From Octopus vulgaris (taxonomy: Eukaryota): DNA of 64,000 bases. The stretch spans positions 188,418,001 to 188,482,000 of the forward strand of contig OX597815.1 in assembly GCA_951406725.2 (NCBI GenBank). Direction: 5' to 3'. Made by a program: the position numbers and the translations under genes. A model generated the notes under the pieces. It did not search any database, was not told the origin of the DNA, and saw only the letters and a list, made by a program, of their open reading frames with translations. This document shows, piece after piece, positions 62,851-64,000 of the stretch (positions within the stretch are counted from its first letter, which is position 1; each line of letters begins with the position of its first letter).

Positions 62851-64000
62851 ACACAAACGAAATGCCATGAAGCAATTTGCCTGCCTTAGTTTATTTTTCA
62901 TATTGACAATATGGAAGGAAGAAAAGGATGTTACATATGAAATGCAACATCTTTGGAAGGAAAATATCTTACTATTTTCCTTTCTGGAACTAAGTTTTAC
63001 TATTGACAAATATTACCCACTCTTATCTCTTTATTTCAGAATGAGAGCTTGTGAAGAATGTTCTTGCTAATGTTGAAAGCAGACACTATGCATATGTATT
63101 TACTTGAGTTGTTTCTCTCACTAAATCTGATATGCCAGATTTCAAAAAGATCAAAGCTGACCTAAGATTTTTAAATATCACATTCAGTACAATGTTTTCT
63201 TGTATCAGCTTCTTAATGCAATTATAGAATGCAAATGATTCTTTAAAAAAAAAAAAAACAGAAATAGCTATTAGCTATATTTACCCAATAAATATTTTAC
63301 GTTATAAGATACCAGTACATTTTAATATTTCTTCGCAATAACTTTTTTCGTATACAATACCAGTACATATCATAGCAGAAGGTGTTCAATAAATATGCTA
63401 TTAAGTTATAATACGTTTTAATGGTTACATATTAGATAACACTGTAACCAATCATGAACATAAGCATTTGAATACTGGCAGTTTCCATTTTCATCAAATA
63501 AAAGATTTTTCTGTAATTACATTTCTAAATATCTGAGATATGTTATTGTGATAAAAATTTAAATTTTCTGAACTATTATCTTCATGGTTTTCTCCGTTTT
63601 ATGCTACATTTCAAATAGATTGCCTGCAATCTAATTCAACTCTTCTTTTCCAACATTTATATATTTTCTTAGACCGAGAAGATTTTTACTACAAATTCCT
63701 TTAGGATATCATCAATATTTTTTTGTCTTTTTCTCACACAAAATAAATCTTACGGCCAATTTTCTTAATTTAATCTCCATCCAATCTAATATCTTTTAAA
63801 ATTCTATGTTTAATCATAGTTGCTATTAAGCATCATTAAATTTTAGCTGTTTTCATAAAAGCAAATACTTATTTAGATCATGGAAGAGTCATTCTAACAA
63901 TTGTAAAACACACAAAAACTGTTATATTTACTTTTCATGTATTTCTTAATAATACTCTGTTGTGTCTGGGGGAGTCATTTTCTTTTTGTGCCTTATAATC

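Overview
AT-rich eukaryotic DNA, probably intronic or intergenic. The SINE set resembles what I recall from octopus (coleoid cephalopod) genomes; this is an inference, not a database result. I cannot support any intact host gene. Nearly all ORFs in the track are artefacts of microsatellites, SINEs or a 17-bp minisatellite. The window is a patchwork of three tRNA-headed SINE families plus a (GAT)n-tailed SINE, decayed RTE, CR1-like and R4/Dong-like LINE fragments, hAT and TTAA MITEs, Helitron-like elements and long microsatellites. The main signal is a group of Penelope-like element (PLE) remnants. One carries a GIY-YIG endonuclease ORF between ~430-bp inverted repeats. Several others are non-coding fold-back insertions, often inside (TA)n tracts. 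These remnants carry at least six distinct minimal type-I hammerhead ribozyme motifs whose core 3-8 pair covaries (C-G, U-A, G-C), some with U4C. Two spacer-less palindromes appear centred on a hammerhead-like palindromic stem III, suggesting ribozyme-linked fold-back priming.
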